64,000 bases of DNA from Deltaproteobacteria bacterium. GTDB lineage: Bacteria > Desulfobacterota > Desulfarculia > JACQYL01. Below are positions 28,668 through 37,945 of the stretch, piece after piece (position 1 is the first letter of the stretch; each line of letters starts with the position of its first letter). The stretch lies in the NCBI GenBank assembly GCA_016208165.1, contig JACQYL010000001.1, forward strand, positions 8,099 to 72,098. Direction: 5' to 3'. A program made the position numbers and the translations under genes. The notes beneath the pieces are model-generated. The model ran no database searches. It had not been told where the DNA came from and worked only from the letters and a program-made list of their open reading frames with translations.

Positions 28668-28671
28668 AACC

Positions 28672-29118
28672 CTACTGCTCCTTCTTTTTGGCGACTACGC
28701 GCACGTCCGTGATGCGGGTGAACGGATATTGGCCGTTTTCGTCTTTTTCCAGATACTTCACCATGTCCCAAATGGTGTTCAGCGCCGCGCTTACACCCAC
28801 CAATGCTTCCATTTCCACGCCGGTGCGGGCCCGGGCTTTGACCCCGCAACGGACCCGCACATGTGAAGGCTCGATTTCGAACGTCAGTTCCACGGATTCC
28901 ACCGGAAGGGGGTGGCAGTGGGGGATGACGAGATGCGTCTGTTTGACGGCAAGCATGCCCGATGCTTCGGCAAAACAAAACGGGTGACCCTTTTTGATTT
29001 CGTTCCGAAGGATACGATCGAGCGTCTCCGGCCGGAGTATCAATAGTCCCTCGGCCACGGCTTCTCTCAGTATGACGTCCTTCGAGGACACATCCACCAT
29101 GCCCATATTCGAGTCCAT
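28672..29118 (-). CDS. moaC: cyclic pyranopterin monophosphate synthase accessory protein MoaC
   Basis: Reads MVDVSSKDVILREAVAEG...KGHPFCFAEASGMLAVKQTHLVIPHCHPLPVESVELTFE...GVEMEALVGVSAALNTIWDMVK, canonical MoaC. Confidence 0.9.
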   Translation of the reverse strand: MDSNMGMVDVSSKDVILREAVAEGLLILRPETLDRILRNEIKKGHPFCFAEASGMLAVKQTHLVIPHCHPLPVESVELTFEIEPSHVRVRCGVKARARTGVEMEALVGVSAALNTIWDMVKYLEKDENGQYPFTRITDVRVVAKKKEQ

Positions 29119-29271
29119 CCCGGAAAAGGTTGCGCGTGTTTTGCGGCCTAATCGCCGGTGAAGCGCCGTATGTACAGCGCATACCGGTTCTTTTCCAAAC
29201 AGCGGGTGTTCAGATCGCCCGGACTAAGCCCCGAACACGCCTGAAGACACCGCTCCCCGTCCTACCCGGAC

Positions 29272-31005
29272 CTACTTGCGACCATACAGCGGGTCCGCTT
29301 CCTGCAGTTGGCGTCTCATGACTTTGCCCACCAGGGTCTTGGGCAGTTCGTCCCTGAATTCGATGTATTTAGGCACCTTGTAATGGGAGATGTTCTCCTT
29401 GCACCAATCCCACAGCTCCTTTTCGGTAAGCTTCTCCTTGTAGCCCGGCTTGAGCACCACCCAAACCTTGATGGCTTCCCCCGAAGCCACGTCCGGGAGG
29501 CCGGCGGCGGCCACTTCGGAGACGCCCTCGTGGTTCCCGACGAGTTCTTCGACCTCTTTGGGGAACACCGAATACCCTCTGACCTTGATCAGCTGTTTCT
29601 TCCGGTCGCTGATGCCCACCCTTCCCCATTCGTCCATGTAGCCGATATCGCCGGTCAGCAACCATCGCTTTCCATCGATTTCACGAATGGTGGATGCGGT
29701 TTCCATCGGCTGATTCAGATAGCCCACCATCACCTGGGGTCCGGCCACCCAGAGTTCGCCGGTTTCGCCTGTGGGCATTTCTTTGGTTCCCATTTCGTGG
29801 TCCATGATCTTCCAATCGGTGCCGGGCATGGGCAGGCCGATCTTGCCGATCATGCGAACCCCTTCCGTCAGCGGACCGCAGCACACCACGGGTGTTGCTT
29901 CCGAAAGGCCGTATCCCTCGACGATGATGGCGCCCGTGACCTTTTCGAACGATTCCTGAACCGGTCGGTGAAGAGGGCCGGCCCCGCTTATGCAGCAGCG
30001 GAGTTTCTTGGCAATGGGGTACTTCTCCACGCCGGGAAAGTCCGCAATGCGCTGAAACAGAACTTCCGCTCCCGAATAGTAAGTGTTCCGGTCTTCCCCA
30101 ATGGCGCAGATGGTTTTGAGCAATGCTTCGGTTTCGGGAGGTCTGGGGAACAACATCATCCACATGCCGGCCTTGATGGAAAGGTTCATTACCACGGTCA
30201 TGGCGAAGGAATGAAACAGGGGGAGCACACCCACGCTGCAGGCCCCGGCCCCACCCATGAATACCCAGGCGTCCAACTGGATCATGTTGGAGACGCAATT
30301 GAAATTGGACAACACGGCCGCCTTGGGCACTCCGGTTGTGCCTCCGGTCATAATATACGTGGCGATGTCATCGGCGCTCACATGCACTTTCGGTGGATTA
30401 GGCGGTGTACGGACAAGATCCATATACCGCACGGCTCCCGAGGGAACGGGACCATGGGGAATCTTGCCGAGCTTTTTCCCCAACCATTTCTTGAGGGGAC
30501 TCAACTTAACCTGGTCCACGATGTTGGTGACGATGAGAATCTCGATGGGATAGTCCTTCAGGATGGGCTGAACCAGGGTTTCAATGAGCGAATCCAGCAC
30601 GATGACGGCCTTGACGCCGGTAATTTTGAATTGGTGGAGCACTTCGCCGGACTTGTAGGTGGGGTTTACGCCGGTCACGATCGCGCCCAGCCGCATGCAG
30701 GCATAGTAGGAAATTACGTACTGAAACGAATTCGGCAGCACCAGCGCCACCACGTCGCCCTTCTTGATGCCCCTGGCTGCCAATCCCGCGGCCACGGAAA
30801 GGACGCGCCCGTGCAATTCGCCGAATGTCATAAACGTGTCGAGAAACCAGATCGCCTTATGGCTTTTATACTTGGCCGCCGATTCGGCGAGGACATCATA
30901 CAGACCGATCTTGGGAAACTCGAGATTCTTGGGGACTTCCGACGGCCATCCTGCTTCAGGTTGAAACCAGGGTTTGCTCTCATCAATGTAATACGGACTC
31001 TCCAT
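29272..31005 (-). CDS. long-chain-fatty-acid--CoA ligase / AMP-dependent acyl-CoA synthetase
   Basis: AMP-binding motifs (MTGGTTGVPKAAVLSNFN, GYGLSEATPVV, TGDIGYMDEWGRVGISDRKK). The start is set at the internal MESPYYIDE (ATG 31005); the longer ORF-track start adds a non-conserved leader. Confidence 0.85.
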   Translation of the reverse strand: MESPYYIDESKPWFQPEAGWPSEVPKNLEFPKIGLYDVLAESAAKYKSHKAIWFLDTFMTFGELHGRVLSVAAGLAARGIKKGDVVALVLPNSFQYVISYYACMRLGAIVTGVNPTYKSGEVLHQFKITGVKAVIVLDSLIETLVQPILKDYPIEILIVTNIVDQVKLSPLKKWLGKKLGKIPHGPVPSGAVRYMDLVRTPPNPPKVHVSADDIATYIMTGGTTGVPKAAVLSNFNCVSNMIQLDAWVFMGGAGACSVGVLPLFHSFAMTVVMNLSIKAGMWMMLFPRPPETEALLKTICAIGEDRNTYYSGAEVLFQRIADFPGVEKYPIAKKLRCCISGAGPLHRPVQESFEKVTGAIIVEGYGLSEATPVVCCGPLTEGVRMIGKIGLPMPGTDWKIMDHEMGTKEMPTGETGELWVAGPQVMVGYLNQPMETASTIREIDGKRWLLTGDIGYMDEWGRVGISDRKKQLIKVRGYSVFPKEVEELVGNHEGVSEVAAAGLPDVASGEAIKVWVVLKPGYKEKLTEKELWDWCKENISHYKVPKYIEFRDELPKTLVGKVMRRQLQEADPLYGRK

Positions 31006-31292
31006 AACCCACCCCCTTCGTAAGGACCATGCACACCCGTTATCAGGCTGTTGAAAAGCGCGATCTGCGGCGTTGCGCTTCATCCCTCGTCACTGCGACG
31101 TACTCTATGTACGCCTTCATTCCGCGGGATTTGCGCGCCTTGCATCTCATCGTTTTTCAACGGCCTGTAACAACCCGGCTGTTTCAACGGGCTGTTATCG
31201 TTCCCGGAAACCAAGTGGTCGCAAGTCGAACACCGCCCCAGAGCCACTGTCTTTCTTAGTTCGAGCCGTCTAAAGAGCATTTGTCTTTCGAA

Positions 31293-31727
31293 CTACTTGT
31301 CGCTTTTATGTTGATTCTGTTCTTGTCGCGCTTTTTTTTCGATATCATTTGGGATTTGTCTGATGGTTTCTTCCATTTGAGTGGTCCAAGTCTTCACCCA
31401 TTCACCTTCGTCGTACGCTTCCAAGCTGTCAGCGTATATGGCATTGTACTTGCCTTTTACGTCCCCTGTTATACGGACGGTTCCAAACATATGTCGCGCG
31501 AGTATACGATTCGAAACATTCAAAACAAAATAGTACTTCCCTTCATCCGTGTACACGATAATATGTTCCGCAGTGGCTGCAACAGGGTCTTCCTGGTTGA
31601 TAGGGCAGGATATACCGTAAATGACACACATAAACGGTTTCACGGTTCCTTCGATTTGTCCCGCCAATGCGGGCATACATCCCACTAACAAAACACACGT
31701 CATCAAGGCAATCAGGCTTTTTTTCAA
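31293..31727 (-). CDS. small secreted protein with conserved Cys pair (paralog of 22008-22427)
   Basis: Signal peptide MKKSLIALMTCVLLVGCMPALAG. It aligns with the 22008 product (AGQIEGTVKPFMC...CP; IVYTDEGKYYFVLN; WVKTWTTQMEETIRQI) and has a Lys/Glu-rich tail. Confidence 0.55.
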   Translation of the reverse strand: MKKSLIALMTCVLLVGCMPALAGQIEGTVKPFMCVIYGISCPINQEDPVAATAEHIIVYTDEGKYYFVLNVSNRILARHMFGTVRITGDVKGKYNAIYADSLEAYDEGEWVKTWTTQMEETIRQIPNDIEKKARQEQNQHKSDK

Positions 31728-32384
31728 GGTCTTATCTCCTCATAGAGCATCCTGTGTTGAAGCTACGATCCGACCCCTATCTTCATCGGTCCGAATCCCC
31801 GATACGGCGGGATTATATCGTTATCAACGGGTTGGAGCAAGGGAAAGTCGGACCTTTTCTACCGAAGATTCCGCCTGGGGTCGAATCAGCGGGGGGCCGG
31901 GAGGAATCGTACGGGAACGCATCCGAGCTTTCTTTTCGATTTCATCCGTTGATCCAACCTGTTCCCGTTCGCTCTCTCGCACCGGCGGAGCATGCGATGT
32001 CGCTTGACCGCCCTTTTATTCGGCCGGTATACTGCCTGGGTTCGCAGGGATGGTCGCTCGGCATCGCGGTTTGTATGCGAATTCCTAAATGCGAAGCCGC
32101 GACCATTTCTTTTGCGGGTTGACACACTGCCGTCCGGCTATCATGTTATGAATTATATTTGATGAACTCGTAAAGACTCGAGAGCGACCGTTTTCCGTCA
32201 TTCCGGTGAAAGCAGGAATCCAGTAATTTCATATACTTATGGATGCAGGATCAAGTCCGGTATGACGCCGTGGGGACTTTTTACGAAGGCCTCAAATTTG
32301 AGACAGCCTTGGCAGGGGCCCCTTCGGGAAGACACCTCGCCGGATTCCGTTTTTTTGACGACCACGAACGATTTGAGTGATCCC

Positions 32385-33632
32385 ATGGGTAATCGTAGTT
32401 CTAGTCCTGTGTTGCGCGTGTTGAACAATGGCGTGCGCGTTTGTTTCGAACCTTTCGAAGGGGCTCAATCCTTTGCCATGTGTCTCCGGTTTGTGGGCGG
32501 CGTTGGGGATGAGCCCGCCGAGAAGCTGGGTCTGGCCAATGTAACGGAACTGGCCGTGATGAAAGGGACGGATAGAAAAGACGCGGCGGGTGTTTTCGAT
32601 GCCCTGGACAGCCTCGGCGTCTCCCGATCCGTCAACGCGGGAGCGGAAGCATTCACCTTTCGAGCCCATCTGTTGCCCGCCAAGGTAGGGGAAGCGCTTC
32701 TGATTTATCGCGAAGTGTTCGAGTCGGCCGCCTTCCCCGAGGACGAGGTGGCGCTCGCAAAAAGGCTGACCCTCGAACAGATCAAAAGCCTGGAAGACCA
32801 GCCTCAGCGAAAAATCGTGCTCACGTCTTTAAGGGCCGCCCTGGGATTCCCATTGGGCAGGCCCAAGCCGGGAACCGAAGCATCGGTAACGTCCCTCGAT
32901 CGAGACGACGTTGTCCGGTTCTGGGATCGGATCGCCCATCCGGCCGCACTCATCCTTACGGCAGCCGGGGGCATGGAAGAGGGAACATTTTTCGAGGCTG
33001 TGGAGAAAGCGCTTTTGGGCTGGCATAAGGCCGGGGCAGTGCCGGACGCTCATCCGGTCCGCATCGCTCCCGGTGTGGTGCACGAACTCAAGAAAAGCGA
33101 ACAGGCTCATATTGCTGTCATTTATCCGGGACCTCCACGGGACGCCGGCGATTTCTATGCGGCCCAGGTGGCGGCCACCGTGCTTTCCGGAAGCGGCTCG
33201 AGCCGTCTTTTTACCGAGGTTCGCGAGAAGAGGGGTCTCGTATACACCGTGAGCACGGCCTACAGCCCCTTTCGATCCGGGGCGATTACGCTTCTGTACG
33301 CAGGCACCCGGGCCGATCGCACGGACGAAACCCTCAAGGTATGCCTGGCCGAAGTGAACCGTCTGGCTGAAGACATCTCCGCCGAAGAATTCGAGCGCGC
33401 CAAATCGGTCATCCTCGGAAGATTGCGAACCGTGGGAGAACTCGTGGCCGCGCGTTCGTCCTCGTTGGTGGATGACCTTTTGCTTCAGGGGACGCCCCGC
33501 TCCTTGGAGGACATACTGGACGGCGTATCCTCCGTAACCCTGGAACAAGCCCGGGCCGCGGCCCGACATTACACACCGACCCCACGCACCATCGCGGTGT
33601 TAGGGCCCCAAGAGCCCGGTGAGACTCGATAG
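32385..33632 (+). CDS. M16-family peptidase-like protein, non-catalytic subunit (no HxxEH)
   Basis: M16 fold (NGVRVCFEP..., ...VYTVSTAYSPF...) without the zinc-binding inverted motif. It is adjacent to an HxxEH-containing partner. The start is chosen at internal ATG 32385. Confidence 0.7.
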   Translation: MGNRSSSPVLRVLNNGVRVCFEPFEGAQSFAMCLRFVGGVGDEPAEKLGLANVTELAVMKGTDRKDAAGVFDALDSLGVSRSVNAGAEAFTFRAHLLPAKVGEALLIYREVFESAAFPEDEVALAKRLTLEQIKSLEDQPQRKIVLTSLRAALGFPLGRPKPGTEASVTSLDRDDVVRFWDRIAHPAALILTAAGGMEEGTFFEAVEKALLGWHKAGAVPDAHPVRIAPGVVHELKKSEQAHIAVIYPGPPRDAGDFYAAQVAATVLSGSGSSRLFTEVREKRGLVYTVSTAYSPFRSGAITLLYAGTRADRTDETLKVCLAEVNRLAEDISAEEFERAKSVILGRLRTVGELVAARSSSLVDDLLLQGTPRSLEDILDGVSSVTLEQARAAARHYTPTPRTIAVLGPQEPGETR

Positions 33633-33641
33633 GAAAACGTC

Positions 33642-34877
33642 ATGGCGGGAAACCCGTTTTGGAGCACCAAACTGGAAAACGGACTGTCGTTGGTTTTTGA
33701 AAGCATCCCTCGGCTCGGTTCCACGGCGGTGGGATTTCTCGTGCGCACCGGATCCCGGGACGAACCGAGAAACCGTGCCGGTATGTCTCATTTCTTGGAG
33801 CACATGTGCTTTAAAGGCACGGCCGGGCGTTCCTGGGATCAGATCAATCGGGAGGTGGACGATCTTGGCGCATTGTGGAACGCGTATACCTGGTGGGAAG
33901 GCACGGCTTACTTCCATTGGGTTCAAGCCGAACGTGCGGAGGATTCCATCGACATCCTCGCGGATATGATGCGTCCTAAATTGGACGAAGCGGATTTCAA
34001 CATGGAAAAGGGCGTGATCCTCGAGGAAATCGCCATGTACAATGACAATCCTTCGGCTCTCATTGCCGATCGACTGATACAGGCCGCCTTTGGAGATCAT
34101 CCCTTGGGAACCAGCGTTTTGGGCACCGCGGAGACTGTGACCGCCGTGAGCCACAGCGATATGACGGCTTATTTTCGACGCCGTTACACCCCCAATAACA
34201 TGGTATTCCTGGCCACGGGAGCCATTGAAAGGGAACGGCTCGTGGAAACAGTCCGGCGTCATACGGCGACGTGGACCTCGGGCGAAACGGGAAGATCCCA
34301 ATCCGTCCCGGTGTTTCACTCCGAAACCCGGCCGGCGCACCGTCCGGAGGTTGCACGTGAACATCTGGCCCTGGCTTGGCCCGGACCGGAAGTGGGAAGT
34401 CCGTGGGCGCCCGCCGCACGCGTGCTGGCCCGCTATCTGGGGGAGGAGGAAAACAGCCGTCTGTACTGGTCGGTCAAGCAAAAAGGCCTGGTGGACCGGG
34501 TGAGCGCCTCCCATGTGGGCTTCAACGATTCGGGACTGATGTACGTGTACGCTTCCACCGCTCCGGCCAGAGCCGGAGAAGTCCTGGGGCTCATTCGTGA
34601 GGAGATGGCAAGAGTGCATCGCCGCATCGACGAGGCGGCCCTTTCGAGGTCCAGGATAAAGGCGGAGTCCGCCTTGGTGCGCGAGGCGGAGCACGGCCTC
34701 AGCCGCTGGAACCAGCTGGCGGAAATCGAAAACGCCGGAGCCGCCAGAAAAACGGTGACCCAAGCCATGAAGGATATCGAGGACGTAACGGTGGACCGGG
34801 TAAGGGACTTCCTCGACGAATTTCCTCTGGACGGAGAACCGGCGTTGGTGCCGCTGGGGCCCCTCGAGAGGATCTGA
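33642..34877 (+). CDS. M16-family zinc metallopeptidase (insulinase-like), catalytic subunit
   Basis: Carries the HxxEH motif (GMSHFLEHMCFKGT) plus the downstream Glu region (EKGVILEEIAMY), in the M16 family context. Confidence 0.85.
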   Translation: MAGNPFWSTKLENGLSLVFESIPRLGSTAVGFLVRTGSRDEPRNRAGMSHFLEHMCFKGTAGRSWDQINREVDDLGALWNAYTWWEGTAYFHWVQAERAEDSIDILADMMRPKLDEADFNMEKGVILEEIAMYNDNPSALIADRLIQAAFGDHPLGTSVLGTAETVTAVSHSDMTAYFRRRYTPNNMVFLATGAIERERLVETVRRHTATWTSGETGRSQSVPVFHSETRPAHRPEVAREHLALAWPGPEVGSPWAPAARVLARYLGEEENSRLYWSVKQKGLVDRVSASHVGFNDSGLMYVYASTAPARAGEVLGLIREEMARVHRRIDEAALSRSRIKAESALVREAEHGLSRWNQLAEIENAGAARKTVTQAMKDIEDVTVDRVRDFLDEFPLDGEPALVPLGPLERI

Positions 34878-35640
34878 TCCGGGATCATGATCGACAAAAC
34901 CAACATCATCGCAGCGTTGCTGGAGAGATTGGACAACACGCCCATGGGGCATCATCCGGATATCCGGCCGTATAAAAGAAACTGATCGGTCGTGGTCGTG
35001 CGAAGGACCGAAACGGTTTATGAAATCATTGAAGAAGGATTCTTCTGCGACCGTTTTTCCGTGGAGGCCTCCGGGTTGAAGAAAAGCCTGCGGGTAATGA
35101 TCAAAAAGGAGTTTCCGCGAAGCCACAAAATATGGGTGTACGCCATGGAGCCGTATCCGCAGGAAGAACCGCACGGCACGGAGAGAAAGAAGATTTGAGG
35201 ATTGTTTCACAGATGGTCCGCTTGGGGCCACGGAAAGAGAGGCTGTTGGGTAAGCTAGAGAATCGGAAAGAAGTCAACATGCGGGCTTGCCCCCCGACAC
35301 AGTCCTCTCTCGATAAAATGATATGATTCCGACCTCCTTCCGGGAATTCTTTCCAGAAAGTCCTAAGCTTGCTTCTCTTGGCTTTTCTGGCTATAAATAT
35401 CGACGAATACGGGCTAATAATACAGCAAGGCCTTTTGCATAAACTCTTCATTAGGTTAGGAGCGTCATCGGGGGCAGCGAAGTAAGGAAGATCGTCCTTC
35501 TTGAAGTGATGCGATGTTCAAGGCGGGTACTCTGAAAAGACTGAACAATCTGTTCATCTACCGGGAGCGAATCGCCAAAAAGCTGTTTGTCTCGGAACTC
35601 TGTTACAACCGATCCCTTTAATAGAGCCAGGGGAACGCAC

Positions 35641-36816
35641 ATGAATCGATTTGAAAACCTTCAAGAATTAGAAATAGACACTGAATCGGCATGCTCCGAT
35701 TCCGCCCCAGAAGACGGTGGTGTTGAACCCGAGGAAGTGGAGGGAGACGAGCCCATAACACAGCCCTTCGATCCCACAAAGACGCAGATCATCACTTCAT
35801 GGCCGACGGTTAGCCTCTTGGTGACGAGGATACAAGAGGGAGAAATCGATCTGTTCCCAAGTTTTCAGAGAAAGGCGGACCTCTGGTCGCCAGCCCAGAA
35901 AAGTCGCCTGATAGAATCATTACTGCTTCGCATGCCCCTGCCCTCTTTCTATTTCGACGCCACTGACGACGAAAACTGGGTCGTAGTGGATGGACTGCAG
36001 CGTCTTTGGACGTTACAGGAGTTTCTCCTAAGCGACATGAGGCTTCATCACCTCGAGTTTTTGATTAATTACGAAAATAGCATGTTCAAAGACTTACCCC
36101 GACACCTGCAGAGACGTATCGGAGAGACGCAGGTCGTTGCGCATCTCATTCAGCCGGGCACACCACCCCAGGTAAAGTTTAACATATTTAGGCGAATCAA
36201 CACGGGTGGATTAGTTCTCTCGGCCCAAGAGATCAGGCACGCACTGAATCAAGGGAATGCACCCCAATTCCTAAAGAAACTCGCGTGCTCGAAGGCTTTC
36301 TTAGAGGCGACCCAAGGGAGCGTGCGCCCCGATCGTATGGAAGATCAGGAATTTGTACTTCGTTTCATGGCTTTCACGATCGTTCCGTACCCTCAATATA
36401 AGGTAGCAGATCTTGATGGGTTTCTGCATGAACAAATGGCTAGATTGAACACCGTCGGAAATGATGAGCTCGAAGACCTAGAGGTGAGATTTCAACGGGC
36501 TATGAGAGCATCAAGGCTGATCTTTGGAAGACAGGCCTTCAGGAAAAGCCTTAGGGATGGGGTTTCGGCCTGGAGAAATCCCATCAACAAGGCCATCTTT
36601 GAGGTCTGGTCCGTCACTCTGGGCCAACTCACTGAAGATAAATTAGAACATTTAATCCACCGAAAAGATGACGTCATCAGTAGATTTATTGAGGTTTTGA
36701 ACACTAATGACGAGTTTGTCGCCGCGGTATCTCAAGGAACTGGGGACGTAAAGAAAGTGAAGCAGCGGTTTAAAACCGTTGCCAAACTTGTAGAGGATAT
36801 CCTCAATGCAAACTAA
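35641..36816 (+). CDS. DUF262 (ParB/Srx-fold, GmrSD N-terminal-like) domain protein; no fused DUF1524/HNH domain
   Basis: Reads IDLFPSFQRKADLWSPAQKSRLIESLLLRMPLPSFYF...VVDGLQRL, the DGQQR-type motif, then a ~250-aa alpha-rich C-terminal region. Its 3' end overlaps the next gene by 11 nt. GC is lower than the flanks. Confidence 0.8.
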   Translation: MNRFENLQELEIDTESACSDSAPEDGGVEPEEVEGDEPITQPFDPTKTQIITSWPTVSLLVTRIQEGEIDLFPSFQRKADLWSPAQKSRLIESLLLRMPLPSFYFDATDDENWVVVDGLQRLWTLQEFLLSDMRLHHLEFLINYENSMFKDLPRHLQRRIGETQVVAHLIQPGTPPQVKFNIFRRINTGGLVLSAQEIRHALNQGNAPQFLKKLACSKAFLEATQGSVRPDRMEDQEFVLRFMAFTIVPYPQYKVADLDGFLHEQMARLNTVGNDELEDLEVRFQRAMRASRLIFGRQAFRKSLRDGVSAWRNPINKAIFEVWSVTLGQLTEDKLEHLIHRKDDVISRFIEVLNTNDEFVAAVSQGTGDVKKVKQRFKTVAKLVEDILNAN

Positions 36817-37927
36817 TCACCTGCAGGCCATCCATCTAATGAATTTTAAGTGCTTCGAAGACCAGAAGGTTTCGCTTGCTCCGATTACCCTCCTCACAGG
36901 TCTCAACGGCATGGGTAAGTCAACAGTATTACAGAGCTTGTTGCTGCTTCGACAATCGGCCATGCGGAACGTGTTGGAACACTATGGTTTGCTACTGAAC
37001 GGCGATTTGGTGAATCTGGGCAGGGCAGGCGATGTGCTGTTCGAAGGTGCTCGAGACGAGCATATTGTTCTTGAATTGACCGTTGGCGGGATGCAGGAGT
37101 CCTGGAAATTCAGGTATGAGGATCCCCATGCGGACGTGCTGATGCTGGAAGAGGGACCAAAGGTCTTGCCTGAATGGGTGGTTTTCGGCAATCGATTCCA
37201 TTATTTGGCGGCTGAGCGCATGGGGCCACGAGAAATCTACGAGATCTCTGCCTACTATGTTCGCAAATTGCGACAATTGGGCGCAGATGGGCGATTCGCG
37301 GTGGCCTATCTTGAAGAATACGGAAAAAGCCTGCGGTGCCTCCAAGGGTTGCTGCATCCGAAAACCTCTGACTCGACGGAGGAAAATCTTTATTCACAGG
37401 TTAACTTGTGGCTGGGAGAAATCAGTCCTGGTGCGCGATTGGAACCGATTTCCTTCCCGGACATAGGCAAGACTTCGTTGAGGGTTTCCTTTCCTTCTTC
37501 TACCAAGGGGCTAATGTCCAGACCATATTCGACGCCCAATGTCGGCTTCGGTTTCAGTTATACGCTCCCGGTTCTTGTGGCCGTTCTGTCGTCTTCTTCA
37601 GGAGATTTGGTTCTCATGGAAAATCCGGAGGCACATCTGCATCCGCAGGGACAAGTGGCGTTGGGGCGACTGTTCGCACTCGCCGCGTCTGGCGGGATAC
37701 AACTCATTGTGGAGACTCACAGTGATCATATACTGAACGGAGTACGCGTAGAAGTGAGGGATGGTTGTATTGCCAGCGAGGATGTGCGCATTCATTTTTT
37801 CCAACGGAACCAGCCTGGTGGGCAGCATTTTGTGGAGTCTCCTCGGGTGGATAAGGATGGACGAATCGATAACTGGCCGGAAGGATTTTTCGATCAAACA
37901 GAGCGTCTCCTAATGGAATTGATTTAA
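36806..37927 (+). CDS. ABC/OLD-type ATPase (AAA_15/AAA_21-like N-terminal core with DUF3696-like C-terminus)
   Basis: Walker A LTGLNGMGKSTVLQSL. Walker B plus D-loop DLVLMENPEAHLHPQGQ. H-loop IVETHSDHILNG. A C-terminal tail (DGRIDNWPEGFFDQ). Confidence 0.8.
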   Translation: MQTNHLQAIHLMNFKCFEDQKVSLAPITLLTGLNGMGKSTVLQSLLLLRQSAMRNVLEHYGLLLNGDLVNLGRAGDVLFEGARDEHIVLELTVGGMQESWKFRYEDPHADVLMLEEGPKVLPEWVVFGNRFHYLAAERMGPREIYEISAYYVRKLRQLGADGRFAVAYLEEYGKSLRCLQGLLHPKTSDSTEENLYSQVNLWLGEISPGARLEPISFPDIGKTSLRVSFPSSTKGLMSRPYSTPNVGFGFSYTLPVLVAVLSSSSGDLVLMENPEAHLHPQGQVALGRLFALAASGGIQLIVETHSDHILNGVRVEVRDGCIASEDVRIHFFQRNQPGGQHFVESPRVDKDGRIDNWPEGFFDQTERLLMELI

Positions 37928-37945
37928 GGCCGCAGGGTTCCCCGA

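Noticed and set aside
29308-31023. 571-aa plus-strand ORF
   Set aside because: It is antisense to the well-supported acyl-CoA synthetase gene. Its composition is His/Gly/Arg-rich and typical of high-GC antisense frames, with no motifs.
33600-35231. 543-aa minus-strand ORF (also 32829-33569 minus)
   Set aside because: Antisense to the M16 peptidase genes, which carry a clear HxxEH motif. No domain features.
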